64,000 nt of DNA from Comamonadaceae bacterium (GCA_947479935.1 CANKBG010000003.1:18848-82847), one strand, 5' to 3'; positions 1 to 10,159 are shown, counted from the first letter of the stretch. Notes: generated by a model not told the origin, from the letters alone. Program-made: numbers and translations.

Positions 1-2
1 TT

Positions 3-2888
3 AGCCAAGCTGCGGCCAATCAGCGTGCTGGCCGATGCGGGCGTGTGGCCAATGGCATCTGCATTCGACTTTACGAAGAAAAAGATTTCAACAGCCGACC
101 CAAATTTACCGACCCCGAAATTTTGCGATCGTCTTTGGCGGGCGTCATCTTGCGCATGAAGTCTTTGCACCTGGGCGTGGTGGATGACTTCCCTTTCATT
201 GAGGCGCCTTCCAAACGTGCCATTACCGATGGTTATCAGTTGCTGGCCGAACTGGGTGCAGTGGACGATGCCTACGAACTCACACGCACCGGTGCTGAGT
301 TGGCCAAGCTACCCCTTGACCCGCGTGTGGGTCGGATGATTTTAGAAGCACGCGATCGGCAAGCTTTAGACGAAGTATTGGTCATTGCCAGCGCTTTGTC
401 GGTGCAAGATGTGCGTGATCGACCGCTGGAAGCGCAGTCCCAAGCCGACCAAGCACATGTGAAGTTTGACGACGACAAAAGCGAATTTTCAGGCTACTTG
501 AAGTTGTGGAAATGGCTGTCAGATGCGCGAGGTGGTAAATCGCAAGCGCCTTCAAATGCTGTGTCTGGAAAAGCCGCAGGCGCTGTCGCAGAGCACAAAC
601 TGAGTAATCGGCAATACGAACAATTGCTACGCCAAAACTTTGTGAATGTTCGGCGCGTGCGGGAATGGCGTGACACCTTCACCCAATTGCACACCACCGT
701 AGCGGAGCATCGATGGCAGGTCAATTCGAAGCCTGCAACCTATGAACAAATTCACCTGTCCATGCTGGCAGGTTTGCTTGGCAACGTGGGCTACAAGCAA
801 GACGATGAAGACGTTTACTTAGGCGCACGGGGCATTAAGTTTTACCGCCACCCTGGCGCGCATTTGTCCAAGAAGCCTGGCCGTTGGACGGTGGTGTCTG
901 AATTGGTGGAAACCACTCGCTTATTTGGTCGCGGCATTGCAGCCATTGAACCTGGATGGCTGGAGCAGGTGGGCGCACATTTACTGAAGAAACAGTTGCT
1001 GGACCCGCATTGGGAAAAGAAATCGGGTGAAGTCATTGCATTGGAACGCGCCACTTTGTATGGGCTGGTGGTTTACAGCGGCAGGCGTGTGCCCTTTGGC
1101 AAAGTCGATCCACAAACCGCCCGAGAAATTTTTATACGCGAGGCGTTGGTCCAAGGACAGTGGGAGACTGCTCTGCCGTTCTTGGCGGCCAATCACAAGA
1201 TGATTGCCAAGGTGGAAGAGCTAGAGCACAAGTCTAGGCGGCAAGACGTACTGGTTGACGATGAGCTGATTTATGCTTTTTACGATCAGCAAATTCCAAC
1301 CGATGTGTGCTCTGGCAGATTGCTCGAAACTTGGTATCGAAGCGAAGTGAAAAAGCAGCCTCAACTGTTGGTGCTTAGCCGTGAAGAGCTCATGCGCCAT
1401 GAAGCTGCAGGCATCACGACACAAGCGTTTCCTAAAACCATTCGGTTGGGCGGCACCGATTGCACTGCGGCCTATTTGCATGAGCCTGGCGATGTCAAAG
1501 ACGGCGTGACTGTTACGGTGCCTTTGTTTGTGCTGAACCAAGTCAGCGAAGAACGCTGTGAGTGGTTGGTACCTGGCGTGTTGAAAGACAAGATTCTTGC
1601 ACTGCTTAAAAGCCTGCCGCAAAAACCCCGTACGCGGTTTGTGCCATTGCCGGATTCGGCGTCTAAGCTGGCCGATGAATTGGGTGCTGTAGAAATTTTT
1701 GGAACTGGCTCACTCACAGATGTGTTGCTTAAAAAGGTAAGAGACATCACCAGTTTGGATGTGAAGCGCGCTGACTTTAAGTTGGACATGCTCAGCCCGC
1801 ACCTGTTTATGAATTTGCGTGTGGTGGATGAACACGGACGTCAATTGGGCATGGGGCGCAACTTGGGGGCTCTGAAAGCCGATTGGGGCTCGCAAGCGCG
1901 CGGGGCTTTTCAGGCATTGGCGCAACTGAAGGTACAACCTGTAAAACCAGAAGATGCGGTTGTTCAACAGGTGCCTGCTGTGCGTGCCTCTTTGACGGAT
2001 GGTCAAGGCGCACCGAAAACCTCGGCCAAAGTACGGGTACAAGAGCGTTACACCAATTGGTCGTTTGGCGACTTACCCGAGTTAATGGAAATTAACAAAG
2101 GCGGACAAAGCCTGATTGGATTTCCTGCGTTGGTCGACATGACCGATGCCGTGACCATTGAAGTGTTTGACGAGCCTGAGGTTGCGGCGCAAAAACACCG
2201 TGAGGGCTTGCGCCGATTGTTTGCCCTGCAAATGAAAGATGCTTTGAAGTATTTGGAAAAGAACATTCCAGATTTGCAAAAAATGGCGGTGGCCTATATG
2301 CCATTGGGATCGGTTGATGAACTTCGACAGCAAATCATTGAAGTAGCTTTAGACCGAGCTTTTTTATTAGACCCCTTGCCCGCAGATGAGTTCAGTTTTA
2401 AAAAGCGAATTGAGGAAGGAAGAGGGCGCCTTACGCTCATTGCCAATGAGGTGGCTAGATTGGCTGGCGTGATCTTGATCGAATACGCTTCAGCCACACG
2501 CAAAATGAAAGACACCAAAAATGCGGAGGATGCTACGGCAGATTGTGCGCAGCAACTTCAGCGCTTGATGTCTAAGAAGTTTTTAGTCGCCACGCCGTGG
2601 CCACAACTGCAACACTACGCGCGATATTTAAAAGCCATTGTTTTAAGACTGGACAAATGGCGCACCGATCCAGCGCGAGACGCCGCCAAAGTGCTGGAAC
2701 TTAAACCCCTAGAGCAACGTTATTGGCGCTTGGTGGCTGATCGCAAGGGCGCTGTGGACGATCGAATGTTGGAGTTTCGTTGGCTGCTAGAGGAATTGCG
2801 CGTCAGCTTCTTTGCGCAAGAACTTAAAACGCCTCAGCCGGTGAGTGTGAAACGTCTAGACAAGGCATGGGCACAATTGACGCATTGA
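3..2888 (+). CDS. hrpA: ATP-dependent RNA helicase HrpA, 5'-truncated by the window edge
   Basis: Frame is open from base 3 and reads SQAAANQRAGRCGR (helicase motif VI), then the HA2-type region (LPLDPRVGRM) and the HrpA C-terminus (RWLLEELRVSFFAQ). Confidence 0.95.
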   Translation, partial: SQAAANQRAGRCGRVANGICIRLYEEKDFNSRPKFTDPEILRSSLAGVILRMKSLHLGVVDDFPFIEAPSKRAITDGYQLLAELGAVDDAYELTRTGAELAKLPLDPRVGRMILEARDRQALDEVLVIASALSVQDVRDRPLEAQSQADQAHVKFDDDKSEFSGYLKLWKWLSDARGGKSQAPSNAVSGKAAGAVAEHKLSNRQYEQLLRQNFVNVRRVREWRDTFTQLHTTVAEHRWQVNSKPATYEQIHLSMLAGLLGNVGYKQDDEDVYLGARGIKFYRHPGAHLSKKPGRWTVVSELVETTRLFGRGIAAIEPGWLEQVGAHLLKKQLLDPHWEKKSGEVIALERATLYGLVVYSGRRVPFGKVDPQTAREIFIREALVQGQWETALPFLAANHKMIAKVEELEHKSRRQDVLVDDELIYAFYDQQIPTDVCSGRLLETWYRSEVKKQPQLLVLSREELMRHEAAGITTQAFPKTIRLGGTDCTAAYLHEPGDVKDGVTVTVPLFVLNQVSEERCEWLVPGVLKDKILALLKSLPQKPRTRFVPLPDSASKLADELGAVEIFGTGSLTDVLLKKVRDITSLDVKRADFKLDMLSPHLFMNLRVVDEHGRQLGMGRNLGALKADWGSQARGAFQALAQLKVQPVKPEDAVVQQVPAVRASLTDGQGAPKTSAKVRVQERYTNWSFGDLPELMEINKGGQSLIGFPALVDMTDAVTIEVFDEPEVAAQKHREGLRRLFALQMKDALKYLEKNIPDLQKMAVAYMPLGSVDELRQQIIEVALDRAFLLDPLPADEFSFKKRIEEGRGRLTLIANEVARLAGVILIEYASATRKMKDTKNAEDATADCAQQLQRLMSKKFLVATPWPQLQHYARYLKAIVLRLDKWRTDPARDAAKVLELKPLEQRYWRLVADRKGAVDDRMLEFRWLLEELRVSFFAQELKTPQPVSVKRLDKAWAQLTH

Positions 2889-2916
2889 ATGCATGCGCTT
2901 TCTGGGCTTGACGCTT

Positions 2917-3786
2917 TCATGCCTTGGGCAGAGTCATGAGGGGTATGTCTTGCTCAGTGGCCAATTTCTCTAATTGCAGTCGTGTTTTGCTGAGCAAAAA
3001 CGCCGCAATAGCTTGATGTGTTTTGGGTTCAAACAAAGTTTTTGCACTGTTTACTTTAACGCCGGCTGCTTCACACAATGCTTTGGCAAAGTGAGGCTCT
3101 AAAGCCGCCACGGCCACACGCCCATTTTTGCATTTGTAAAGGTTGTAACCAGCGTGCGCTCCACCCACGGGCCCTTTGGGCAAGGTTAAGCCCCACTGCC
3201 TGGGCAAAGCCAGCCATGCGGCTGCATCGCTAAGCGCAACTTCATGAAAGCTGCCTTTACCCTTTTGCTTTTGTGTCAGAGTGGCTTTTAAAACCGCTTC
3301 ACTGGCCATCATGGCGCCGCCCATGTCGGCAAACAAACTGGCTGGCAAATTCAAACCTGGCACCAAGTTGACTTCGGCTTGGTAGGTCAGGTCGTGTCCG
3401 GGAATGTCAGCCAGTGCCCCAGGCGCGCCCACCACACTGACACAGCTGAGTATGGGATATTGCGCATGCAGTGCTTTCCAGCCCAGACCTAATTTGTTCA
3501 AAGCCGAGGGTCTGAATGAAGTGAGCAACACATCGGTTTGAGCCAGCAACAGATGCAAACACTTTTGACCTGCTTCAGTTTTCAAATCGCAACTCACTTG
3601 CCTCACGCCTATGTGCATCTTTTCATAGCCTGCGAAGCTATAAAGGGCCATTGGATCGCCATGGGGTGGATTGACTTTGGTGCATCGAGCGCCCATTTGG
3701 GCCAAGCGCATGATGGCGGCGGGGCCAGGGAGGTTCAAGGCCAAACTGAGGACGCGAACACCGCGCAGTGTGGAGTCTTTAGTCAT
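2917..3786 (-). CDS. CaiB/BaiF family (class III) CoA transferase
   Basis: LNLPGP, GARCTKV, GHDLTYQA and FADMGG motifs. ATG at 3786 preferred over the TTG at 3798. Confidence 0.85.
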   Translation of the reverse strand: MTKDSTLRGVRVLSLALNLPGPAAIMRLAQMGARCTKVNPPHGDPMALYSFAGYEKMHIGVRQVSCDLKTEAGQKCLHLLLAQTDVLLTSFRPSALNKLGLGWKALHAQYPILSCVSVVGAPGALADIPGHDLTYQAEVNLVPGLNLPASLFADMGGAMMASEAVLKATLTQKQKGKGSFHEVALSDAAAWLALPRQWGLTLPKGPVGGAHAGYNLYKCKNGRVAVAALEPHFAKALCEAAGVKVNSAKTLFEPKTHQAIAAFLLSKTRLQLEKLATEQDIPLMTLPKA

Positions 3787-3810
3787 CGTGAAAGCCAATT
3801 AGGTACGCAG

Positions 3811-4524
3811 TTAGACACCCAGATGTTGGGCCATGATTTCAGGTTGATTTTGAAGCGTTTTGGATGAACCTTCAAACACCACTTCACCTTTCACCAAAAT
3901 GACATTTCTGTCTGTAATTTGGGTGACATGTTTCCAGTTCTTGTCCACAATGATGCTGCTAATGCCACTCGCTTTGATGACATTGCAAATTCGCCAAATT
4001 TCACGGGCAATGAGAGGTGCTAATCCTTCGGTGGCTTCGTCCAAGATGAGTACATCTGGGTTGGTCATCAAGGCGCGACCAATGGTTAGCATTTGTTGTT
4101 CGCCGCCCGATAATTGCTGCCCGCCGTGTTTCAAGCGTTCCTGCAATCTTGGAAAAGTGTCTAGAACACGTTCGTAGGTCCAATCGTTTTGGCCTTGTGT
4201 GCCGGGCCGAGCTGCCATTTTTAAATTTTCAGTCACACTCAAGTTGCCAAAAATACCGCGACCTTCAGGCACATAGGCAATGCCTTGTTGCGCAATTTCA
4301 AAAATAGCGCGTTGGTTCATGCGCAGACCCTTGATGTGCACATCGCCAGAGCGCGGGACTACAATGCCCATGATGGATTTGAGCAATGTGCTTTTTCCCA
4401 TGCCATTGCGGCCCATGAGGCCAATGGTTTCACCGCGCTTCACTTCGAAGTCAACATTGCGAAGAATATGGCTGGCACCGTAGTAGCTGTTTAGGCCCTT
4501 GACTTGAATCAATGTGTCACTCAT
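3811..4524 (-). CDS. Liv-type ABC transporter ATP-binding subunit (LivF-like)
   Basis: GRNGMGKS Walker A, LSGGEQQ signature, LDEATEGLAP. ATG at 4524 directly follows the upstream gene's stop. Confidence 0.92.
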   Translation of the reverse strand: MSDTLIQVKGLNSYYGASHILRNVDFEVKRGETIGLMGRNGMGKSTLLKSIMGIVVPRSGDVHIKGLRMNQRAIFEIAQQGIAYVPEGRGIFGNLSVTENLKMAARPGTQGQNDWTYERVLDTFPRLQERLKHGGQQLSGGEQQMLTIGRALMTNPDVLILDEATEGLAPLIAREIWRICNVIKASGISSIIVDKNWKHVTQITDRNVILVKGEVVFEGSSKTLQNQPEIMAQHLGV

Positions 4525-4525
4525 G

Positions 4526-5338
4526 TCAGTGATCCTCGCCCAAATAGGCCGATTGAACATTGGCATCAGCGCGAACAGAAGCTGGCAAGCCGCTGGCAAT
4601 GACGGTGCCATTGACCATCACAGTCAGTTGATCGGCCAACGTGAAAATGGCATCAATGTCGTGTTCTACCAGCATCATTGCAAAAGATGGTTTAAGCCGC
4701 AGCAACAACTGCACCATGCTTTCGGCTTCTGCCAAACCCATACCGGCCAGGGGTTCGTCTAGCAGCAACACTTGGGGTTCGGTGGCCAGGGTCATGGCAA
4801 TTTCAAGTTGTCGTTGTTCACCGTGGCTGGTTGCACCTGCCATGGCATGACGGCGACTTTGCAATCCTGCCAATTCAATGGCTTTTTCTGCACGCTCATT
4901 CACAGCTTGGAGTTTGGCTGCATTTTGCAACCACGCCATTGGGTTGAAAGGCATGGGTTGACTGCGTGACTGCGCGGACAAACGAACGTTGTCCCACACG
5001 GTAAAGCTGTTGAAGATATTTGTTTTTTGATAACTGCGGCCCAAGCCATGGCGAGAAATTTTCTCGGGCGTCCAGCCCGTAATGTCTTGCCCATTCAAAG
5101 TCACATGGCCCGAAGTTGCAGGGAGGTCGCCCGAGAGTAAATTGGCGAGGGTCGATTTGCCCGCGCCATTAGGGCCAATGACGGCGTGAATTTCACCTTT
5201 GCGCAAGTCGACAGAGACTTCATTGACCGCGGTAAGGCCACCAAAGGTTTTGGTAATTTTATGAGCACTTAATAGCAAGTTCTGTGCAGTGTTCGGATGG
5301 CGTGCAGCTTGATTAATCAAAGTGGTTTGATCAGTCAT
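4526..5338 (-). CDS. Liv-type ABC transporter ATP-binding subunit (LivG-like)
   Basis: GPNGAGKST, SHGEQRQLEIA, LLDEP, C-terminal AYLG. Confidence 0.92.
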   Translation of the reverse strand: MTDQTTLINQAARHPNTAQNLLLSAHKITKTFGGLTAVNEVSVDLRKGEIHAVIGPNGAGKSTLANLLSGDLPATSGHVTLNGQDITGWTPEKISRHGLGRSYQKTNIFNSFTVWDNVRLSAQSRSQPMPFNPMAWLQNAAKLQAVNERAEKAIELAGLQSRRHAMAGATSHGEQRQLEIAMTLATEPQVLLLDEPLAGMGLAEAESMVQLLLRLKPSFAMMLVEHDIDAIFTLADQLTVMVNGTVIASGLPASVRADANVQSAYLGEDH

Positions 5339-6329
5339 GTTGAGCCCCCTTTGTTTTGAACAAAGTTGCAAACAGACCTAAGATGCCACGCGGCGCTAGC
5401 ACCACCAAAGCCACAATGAAAAGACCCATCCAAAGTTGCCAGTGCTTACCCAAATGAAAGCCTGCTACTTCGGGTAAATCTTTGAAGAAATGCAATACAT
5501 ATTCAAAGGAAAATGCACCCACAATGGCACCCGCAAAGTTGCCCATGCCGCCCAAAATAACCATCATGATGACATGTGCGCTCATGTGAAAACCCATGAG
5601 TTCGGGGTTGACATAGCCCGATTGAGCGCCCCATAAAAATCCAGCCAAACCCGCCAATGCACCCGCAAGCGTAAAGGCCGCGAGCTTGTGACTAAAGGTG
5701 CCATAGCCCAATGCGCGCATGCGGTGCTCATTGACGCGTATACCCGCTAAGGCGCGCCCAAACGGGCTCCATAACAGTCGCCTTAAAAATAAATAGACCA
5801 ACACCAGCAGTGTCAAAGTGAAGAAATAGAAAACAGTTTTGTTTTCTAAGTCAAACAACAAGGCTTCAGGTTTGAAGTTGATGTAGATGCCGTCTGAGCC
5901 CCCCAATACTTTGTTGTCGAAGAAGGCATAAAAAACCATCTGCGCAAACGCCATGGTGACCATGATGAAATAAATACCGTGAGTTCGCACCACCAAAAAT
6001 CCAATCACAAGCGCCAACAAAGCCGAGGCGCCCACAGAGACCGGTAGGCTCCACAAAAGTGAGACGGGTGCACCTGGTGGCGTGAGAAAAGCCAATGCAT
6101 ACCCCGCCACACCAAAGTAGGCGGCATGACCTAAAGACACCAAGCCAGTGACGCCTTGCAGCAGATCAAGGCTCATGGCGAAGATGGCCAATATCATCAT
6201 GCGCGTGACCATTTGCAAGTAGTAATCTGTGCCCACAAAAGGAAAGGCTGCTAGGGCCAACAAGGCCGCACCTAATAAAATATTCAGGCTGCGCGGCAGT
6301 GTTTCAAGGTGCGCGTGTGAATCGCTCAT
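5331..6329 (-). CDS. Liv-type ABC transporter permease (LivM-like)
   Basis: Multi-TM protein with GLVSLGHAAYFG, GIYFIMVTMAF, SPFGRAL, VILGG. Confidence 0.9.
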   Translation of the reverse strand: MSDSHAHLETLPRSLNILLGAALLALAAFPFVGTDYYLQMVTRMMILAIFAMSLDLLQGVTGLVSLGHAAYFGVAGYALAFLTPPGAPVSLLWSLPVSVGASALLALVIGFLVVRTHGIYFIMVTMAFAQMVFYAFFDNKVLGGSDGIYINFKPEALLFDLENKTVFYFFTLTLLVLVYLFLRRLLWSPFGRALAGIRVNEHRMRALGYGTFSHKLAAFTLAGALAGLAGFLWGAQSGYVNPELMGFHMSAHVIMMVILGGMGNFAGAIVGAFSFEYVLHFFKDLPEVAGFHLGKHWQLWMGLFIVALVVLAPRGILGLFATLFKTKGAQHD

Positions 6330-6338
6330 GTGTGCACC

Positions 6339-7202
6339 TTAATTTTTAAACAAGCCTTCAGGCTTGTAGAGCAAGACGAGAGCCATGAGCACATAAATCA
6401 ACATGCCAGACACCTGAGGCAGCAAAACTTTGCCAAAGGTGTCTACCAAGCCCACCAAGAGCGCAGCAATGAGCGCGCCCTTAACAGAGCCAATACCGCC
6501 AATGACCACGACCACAAAACACATGATGAGCACTTGCGAGCCCATGTTGGGGTAGACACTTGCAACAGGTGCTGCCACCATGCCGGCAATGGTGGCCAAG
6601 CCCACGCCCAAAGCAAACACCAAGGCATGGATGAGTTTGATGTTGACACCCAATGCTTCCGTCATTTCGTGATTGAATGCGCCCGCGCGAATTTTCATGC
6701 CCAAGCGAGTTTTGGAAATGAGCAGATACAAACCCAATGCCAACAGCAAACACACACCCGACATGAAGAGCCTGTAAACAGGATAAGAAAGTGTTTCGGT
6801 GAGGGGAATAGAAGCACTCAGCACATCGGGGATGGTGACGCCATGGACATCGTCGCCCCACAAAATAGAGCGTGCTTCTTCAAAAACGTAAATCAAGCCG
6901 AACGTGAGAAGTACTTGGTCAAGGTGATCTCGTTTGTAAAAGTGTCTGAACAGCATCCACTCTAAAAGCAATCCAAACAGCACAGACAACAAGGTACCCA
7001 AAATAATGGCCAGCGTGAAGCTGTGCGTGAGGGCGGCCAAAGACCACGCCAAATAGGCACCCAACATATAAAAACTACCGTGTGCCAAATTGACCACGCC
7101 CATGATGCCAAAAATGAGGGTGAGGCCCGCAGCCAGCATGAACAACAGCAACCCGTACTGCACACTGTTTAGCAATTGGATAAGGAAATTAACGAAATCC
7201 AT
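6339..7202 (-). CDS. Liv-type ABC transporter permease (LivH-like)
   Basis: GLTLIFGIMGVVNLAHGSFYMLGAY and VVVVIGGIGS. Start trimmed to MDFVNF. Confidence 0.9.
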   Translation of the reverse strand: MDFVNFLIQLLNSVQYGLLLFMLAAGLTLIFGIMGVVNLAHGSFYMLGAYLAWSLAALTHSFTLAIILGTLLSVLFGLLLEWMLFRHFYKRDHLDQVLLTFGLIYVFEEARSILWGDDVHGVTIPDVLSASIPLTETLSYPVYRLFMSGVCLLLALGLYLLISKTRLGMKIRAGAFNHEMTEALGVNIKLIHALVFALGVGLATIAGMVAAPVASVYPNMGSQVLIMCFVVVVIGGIGSVKGALIAALLVGLVDTFGKVLLPQVSGMLIYVLMALVLLYKPEGLFKN

Positions 7203-7251
7203 AGAGGAAAGATTAACACTAAAGAGTTTGCATTTAGAAAAAAAAAGACAT

Positions 7252-7281
7252 AAAAAAAGCGGCGGAACTATCCGCCGCTTT
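7252..7281 (-). terminator. Intrinsic terminator between the binding-protein gene and the permease genes
   Basis: AAAGCGGCGGA-ACTA-TCCGCCGCTTT perfect stem with a T-run on the minus strand, just after the binding-protein stop. Confidence 0.8.
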
Positions 7282-7297
7282 GGCACTGCTGAAGGGC

Positions 7298-8494
7298 TTA
7301 GCCCATGCGGCAACCCGCCCCAGAATCGGCCAAGGCTTTAGCAGCCACACCGATTACTTTGTTCTCGCCTTTTTCAGCCACGCGCAAGTAAATGTCTTGC
7401 ACAGGGTTGTGGGATTTACTCATGCTCCACTTGCCGCGAGGGCTGTCAATGACGGCGCCTTCCATGGCTTTGTAGAGCTCGGGCTTTTTAGACAGGTCGC
7501 CTTTGACTGCGTTGGCGCCTTGAACCAACAGCAAGCCCGTGTCGTAGCCTTGAACGGCATAAACGTCAGGTTGCATTTTGAAGGTCTTGGCGTATTCCAA
7601 ACGGAATTTGTTGTTGCGAGGGGTGTCCAACGAATCGCTGTAATGCAAGGTGGTCATCACGCCGTCTGCGGCGGGGCCAGCAGCCTCCAAAACACCTTCG
7701 GTAAGGAAGCCTGAACCGTACAAGGCAATCTTGCCTTTAAGGCCCGCAGCCGCAAAATCTTTCATGAACTTGGCAGCTGAAGGACCTGCAAAGAAGCATG
7801 CCACAGCGTCGGGTTTGAGTGCGGCAATTTCGGTCAACAAGGCTTGGAACTCAACGTTGGGGAAGGGTAGACCCAACTCTTTCACGATGGTGCCGCCTGC
7901 TTTGGTATAGCTTTCTTTGAAGCCTTCAAAAGCCTCATCACCCGCAGCGTATTTCCAAGTGATCCACACCGCTTTTTTGTGACCCTTGGCCACCATGGCT
8001 TGGCCCAACGCCAGCGTGGGTTGGCTGTTGGAGAAACTGGTGCGAAACACATTGGGAGCGCACAAGGACCGCGTGGCTGCGTGCACACCAGCGTTGGGAA
8101 TGAGCGACAGAACGCCAGAGTCGCGCGCTACTTTTTGAATGCCCATTTGCACGCCAGAGTGCACAGTGCCAATGAGCACATCCACTTTGTCGCGTTGCAC
8201 TAATTTGTTGGCGTTTTCAATGCCTTTGGAAGGATCTGACTCGTCGTCGACTTTGAACCATTCAATTTCACGTCCACCCAACTTGCCGCCTTGTTCATTA
8301 AGGGCCATGCGCACACCATTTTCAATGGCAACTCCCAAGGGCGCGAATGCGCCAGAGTATGGCAACATCAAACCAACGCGAATTTTGCCGGACTGCGCTT
8401 GTGCCCATTCAGGCAGAAGCAAGCCAGAACTTGCTGCACCCACCATGGCAGCGCTTCGCGTTAAAACCGTACGACGTGAGGGGGAAGTGGTCAT
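7298..8494 (-). CDS. ABC substrate-binding protein, type I periplasmic fold, benzoate/aromatic-acid-binding-like, Tat-exported
   Basis: SRRTVL twin-arginine signal with AQA cleavage site; DDESDP, GTVHSGV, IPNAG, YAVQGYD motifs recognised as the aromatic-acid-binding subfamily. Confidence 0.8.
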   Translation of the reverse strand: MTTSPSRRTVLTRSAAMVGAASSGLLLPEWAQAQSGKIRVGLMLPYSGAFAPLGVAIENGVRMALNEQGGKLGGREIEWFKVDDESDPSKGIENANKLVQRDKVDVLIGTVHSGVQMGIQKVARDSGVLSLIPNAGVHAATRSLCAPNVFRTSFSNSQPTLALGQAMVAKGHKKAVWITWKYAAGDEAFEGFKESYTKAGGTIVKELGLPFPNVEFQALLTEIAALKPDAVACFFAGPSAAKFMKDFAAAGLKGKIALYGSGFLTEGVLEAAGPAADGVMTTLHYSDSLDTPRNNKFRLEYAKTFKMQPDVYAVQGYDTGLLLVQGANAVKGDLSKKPELYKAMEGAVIDSPRGKWSMSKSHNPVQDIYLRVAEKGENKVIGVAAKALADSGAGCRMG

Positions 8495-8511
8495 GAGAAA
8501 TCTCCTTGTAG

Positions 8512-8529
8512 TATGCATTATGTTGCATA
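8512..8529. promoter_or_regulatory. Palindromic operator TATGCA-N6-TGCATA (BoxR/BzdR-like) overlapping a CATAAT -10 candidate
   Basis: Perfect 6-bp inverted repeat 18-35 nt upstream of the binding-protein ATG; the minus strand contains CATAAT inside it. Confidence 0.5.
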
Positions 8530-8602
8530 TTGGAGGTCGAAAAAGATAGGCAAAACCCTTAATTGGAAAGAATTAAGTGAGCCCTACTAGGATCTAAAAA
8601 GA

Positions 8603-8679
8603 TGGTCTGCCCGGAGGGACTCGAACCCCCGACCTACGGCTTAGAAGGCCGTTGCTCTATCCAGTTGAGCTACGGGCAG
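8603..8679 (-). tRNA. tRNA-Arg (anticodon UCU)
   Basis: 77-nt cloverleaf CTGCCCG...CT-TCT-AA...GGTTCGAGTCC...CGGGCAG-A-CCA. Confidence 0.97.
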
Positions 8680-8681
8680 AT

Positions 8682-8715
8682 AAAAAAGGCCCTGGAACCA
8701 AGAAGGTAGGGCCTT
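8682..8715 (-). terminator. Terminator-like hairpin between tRNA-Pro and tRNA-Arg
   Basis: AAGGCCCT...AGGGCCTT 8-bp stem followed by a T-run on the minus strand. Confidence 0.45.
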
Positions 8716-8727
8716 AATTGAGAAAAA

Positions 8728-8804
<77 letters not shown>

Positions 8805-8899
8805 ACAAGCTTTGTATTCTAATGCTTGATCCAGCGAAATCTTGAAACTTGCTCAAAAAGTTCTTGCAAGTCTAAAGCAAACGCCCTGACATAGATCCC

Positions 8900-10159
8900 T
8901 TAACTGCCGCGAGTGACAGGCATTTCAACCTCGCCTGGCATGAGCAAATGTTTGGCCAATTCCAATTTGGCCAAAGAGTTGCGATGCACTTCATCCGGGC
9001 CGTCCGCCAAACGCAATGTGCGTTGGTGCGCGTAGGCATAAGCCAACGGAAAGTCTTGCGATACACCACCACCACCGTGCGCTTGAATGGCCCAATCGAT
9101 GATTTGGCAAGCCATTTGTGGCGCCACAATTTTGATCATGGCAATTTCTGCTTTGGCCACTTTGTTGCCCACGGTGTCCATCATGTAAGCCGCTTTGAGG
9201 GTGAGCAAGCGCGCTTGTTCAATCATGCAGCGAGACTCTGCAATGCGCTCTTGCCACACAGTTTGGCGCGCTACTTCGCGGCCAAAGGCCACACGTGAGT
9301 TCAAGCGTTTGCACATGAGTTCAAGTGCGCGCTCTGACACGCCAATGGTTCGCATGCAGTGGTGAATTCGCCCTGGGCCTAAACGGCCTTGCGCAATTTC
9401 AAAACCACGGCCTTCGCCTAGCAGCAAATTGGCGGCAGGAACTCGAACGTTCTTTAACAGCACTTCCATGTGGCCGTGAGGTGCGTCGTCGTAGCCGAAC
9501 ACTGACAGAGCACGTACCACCGTGATACCCGGCGCATTGGCGGGCACGATGATCATGGACTGCTGTTCATGACGGCCAGCATCGGGATTGGTTTTGCCCA
9601 TGACGATGTAAACCGCGCAGCGTGGGTCACCCGCACCAGACGACCACCACTTGCGACCGTTGATGACATACTCATCGCCGTCGCGTCTAATCTCGCACTG
9701 AATGTTGGTGGCATCAGACGATGCAACGTCAGGTTCGGTCATGAGGAAGGCAGAACGAATTTCGCCTCTGAGCAAGGGCTCAAGCCACTGATCTTTAAGT
9801 GATTCGCTGGCATATCGCTCAAAGGTTTCCATGTTGCCGGTGTCGGGTGCTGCGCAGTTGAAAATTTCTGCCGCAAAGGGCACTCGTCCCATGATTTCGC
9901 AAAGGGGTGCGTATTCCAAATTGGACAAGCCTTGTGGCGCACGGGGAGATTTAGGCAAGAACAAATTCCACAGACCTGCAGCGCGGGCTTTGGGCTTGAG
10001 TTCTTCCACAATTTTGGTCGGAATCCATGCATTGCCCTTGGCGCGGTTGTCTGCAATTTCTTGAAAGAAGCGTGCTTCGTTGGGATAAATGTGTTCATCC
10101 ATGAAAGCGAGCAAGCGCGCTTGCATGCTTTTAACTTTGTCTGAGTATTCGAATTGCAT
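8900..10159 (-). CDS. Acyl-CoA dehydrogenase, ACAD10/11 (LvaC-like) subfamily
   Basis: [52 protein letters not shown] precedes the ATG at 10159. Confidence 0.9.
   Translation of the reverse strand: MQFEYSDKVKSMQARLLAFMDEHIYPNEARFFQEIADNRAKGNAWIPTKIVEELKPKARAAGLWNLFLPKSPRAPQGLSNLEYAPLCEIMGRVPFAAEIFNCAAPDTGNMETFERYASESLKDQWLEPLLRGEIRSAFLMTEPDVASSDATNIQCEIRRDGDEYVINGRKWWSSGAGDPRCAVYIVMGKTNPDAGRHEQQSMIIVPANAPGITVVRALSVFGYDDAPHGHMEVLLKNVRVPAANLLLGEGRGFEIAQGRLGPGRIHHCMRTIGVSERALELMCKRLNSRVAFGREVARQTVWQERIAESRCMIEQARLLTLKAAYMMDTVGNKVAKAEIAMIKIVAPQMACQIIDWAIQAHGGGGVSQDFPLAYAYAHQRTLRLADGPDEVHRNSLAKLELAKHLLMPGEVEMPVTRGS

Noticed and set aside
6330-6965. 211-aa antisense ORF, and similar long antisense ORFs at 40965-41576, 43430-44113 and 47088-48083
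   Set aside because: All lie opposite conserved genes and show no protein-family signal; expected from codon bias.
8519-8602. tRNA-Arg 3' end as an integration site for a genomic island
   Set aside because: No integrase, no duplicated tRNA 3' end seen elsewhere in the window, and downstream genes look native.
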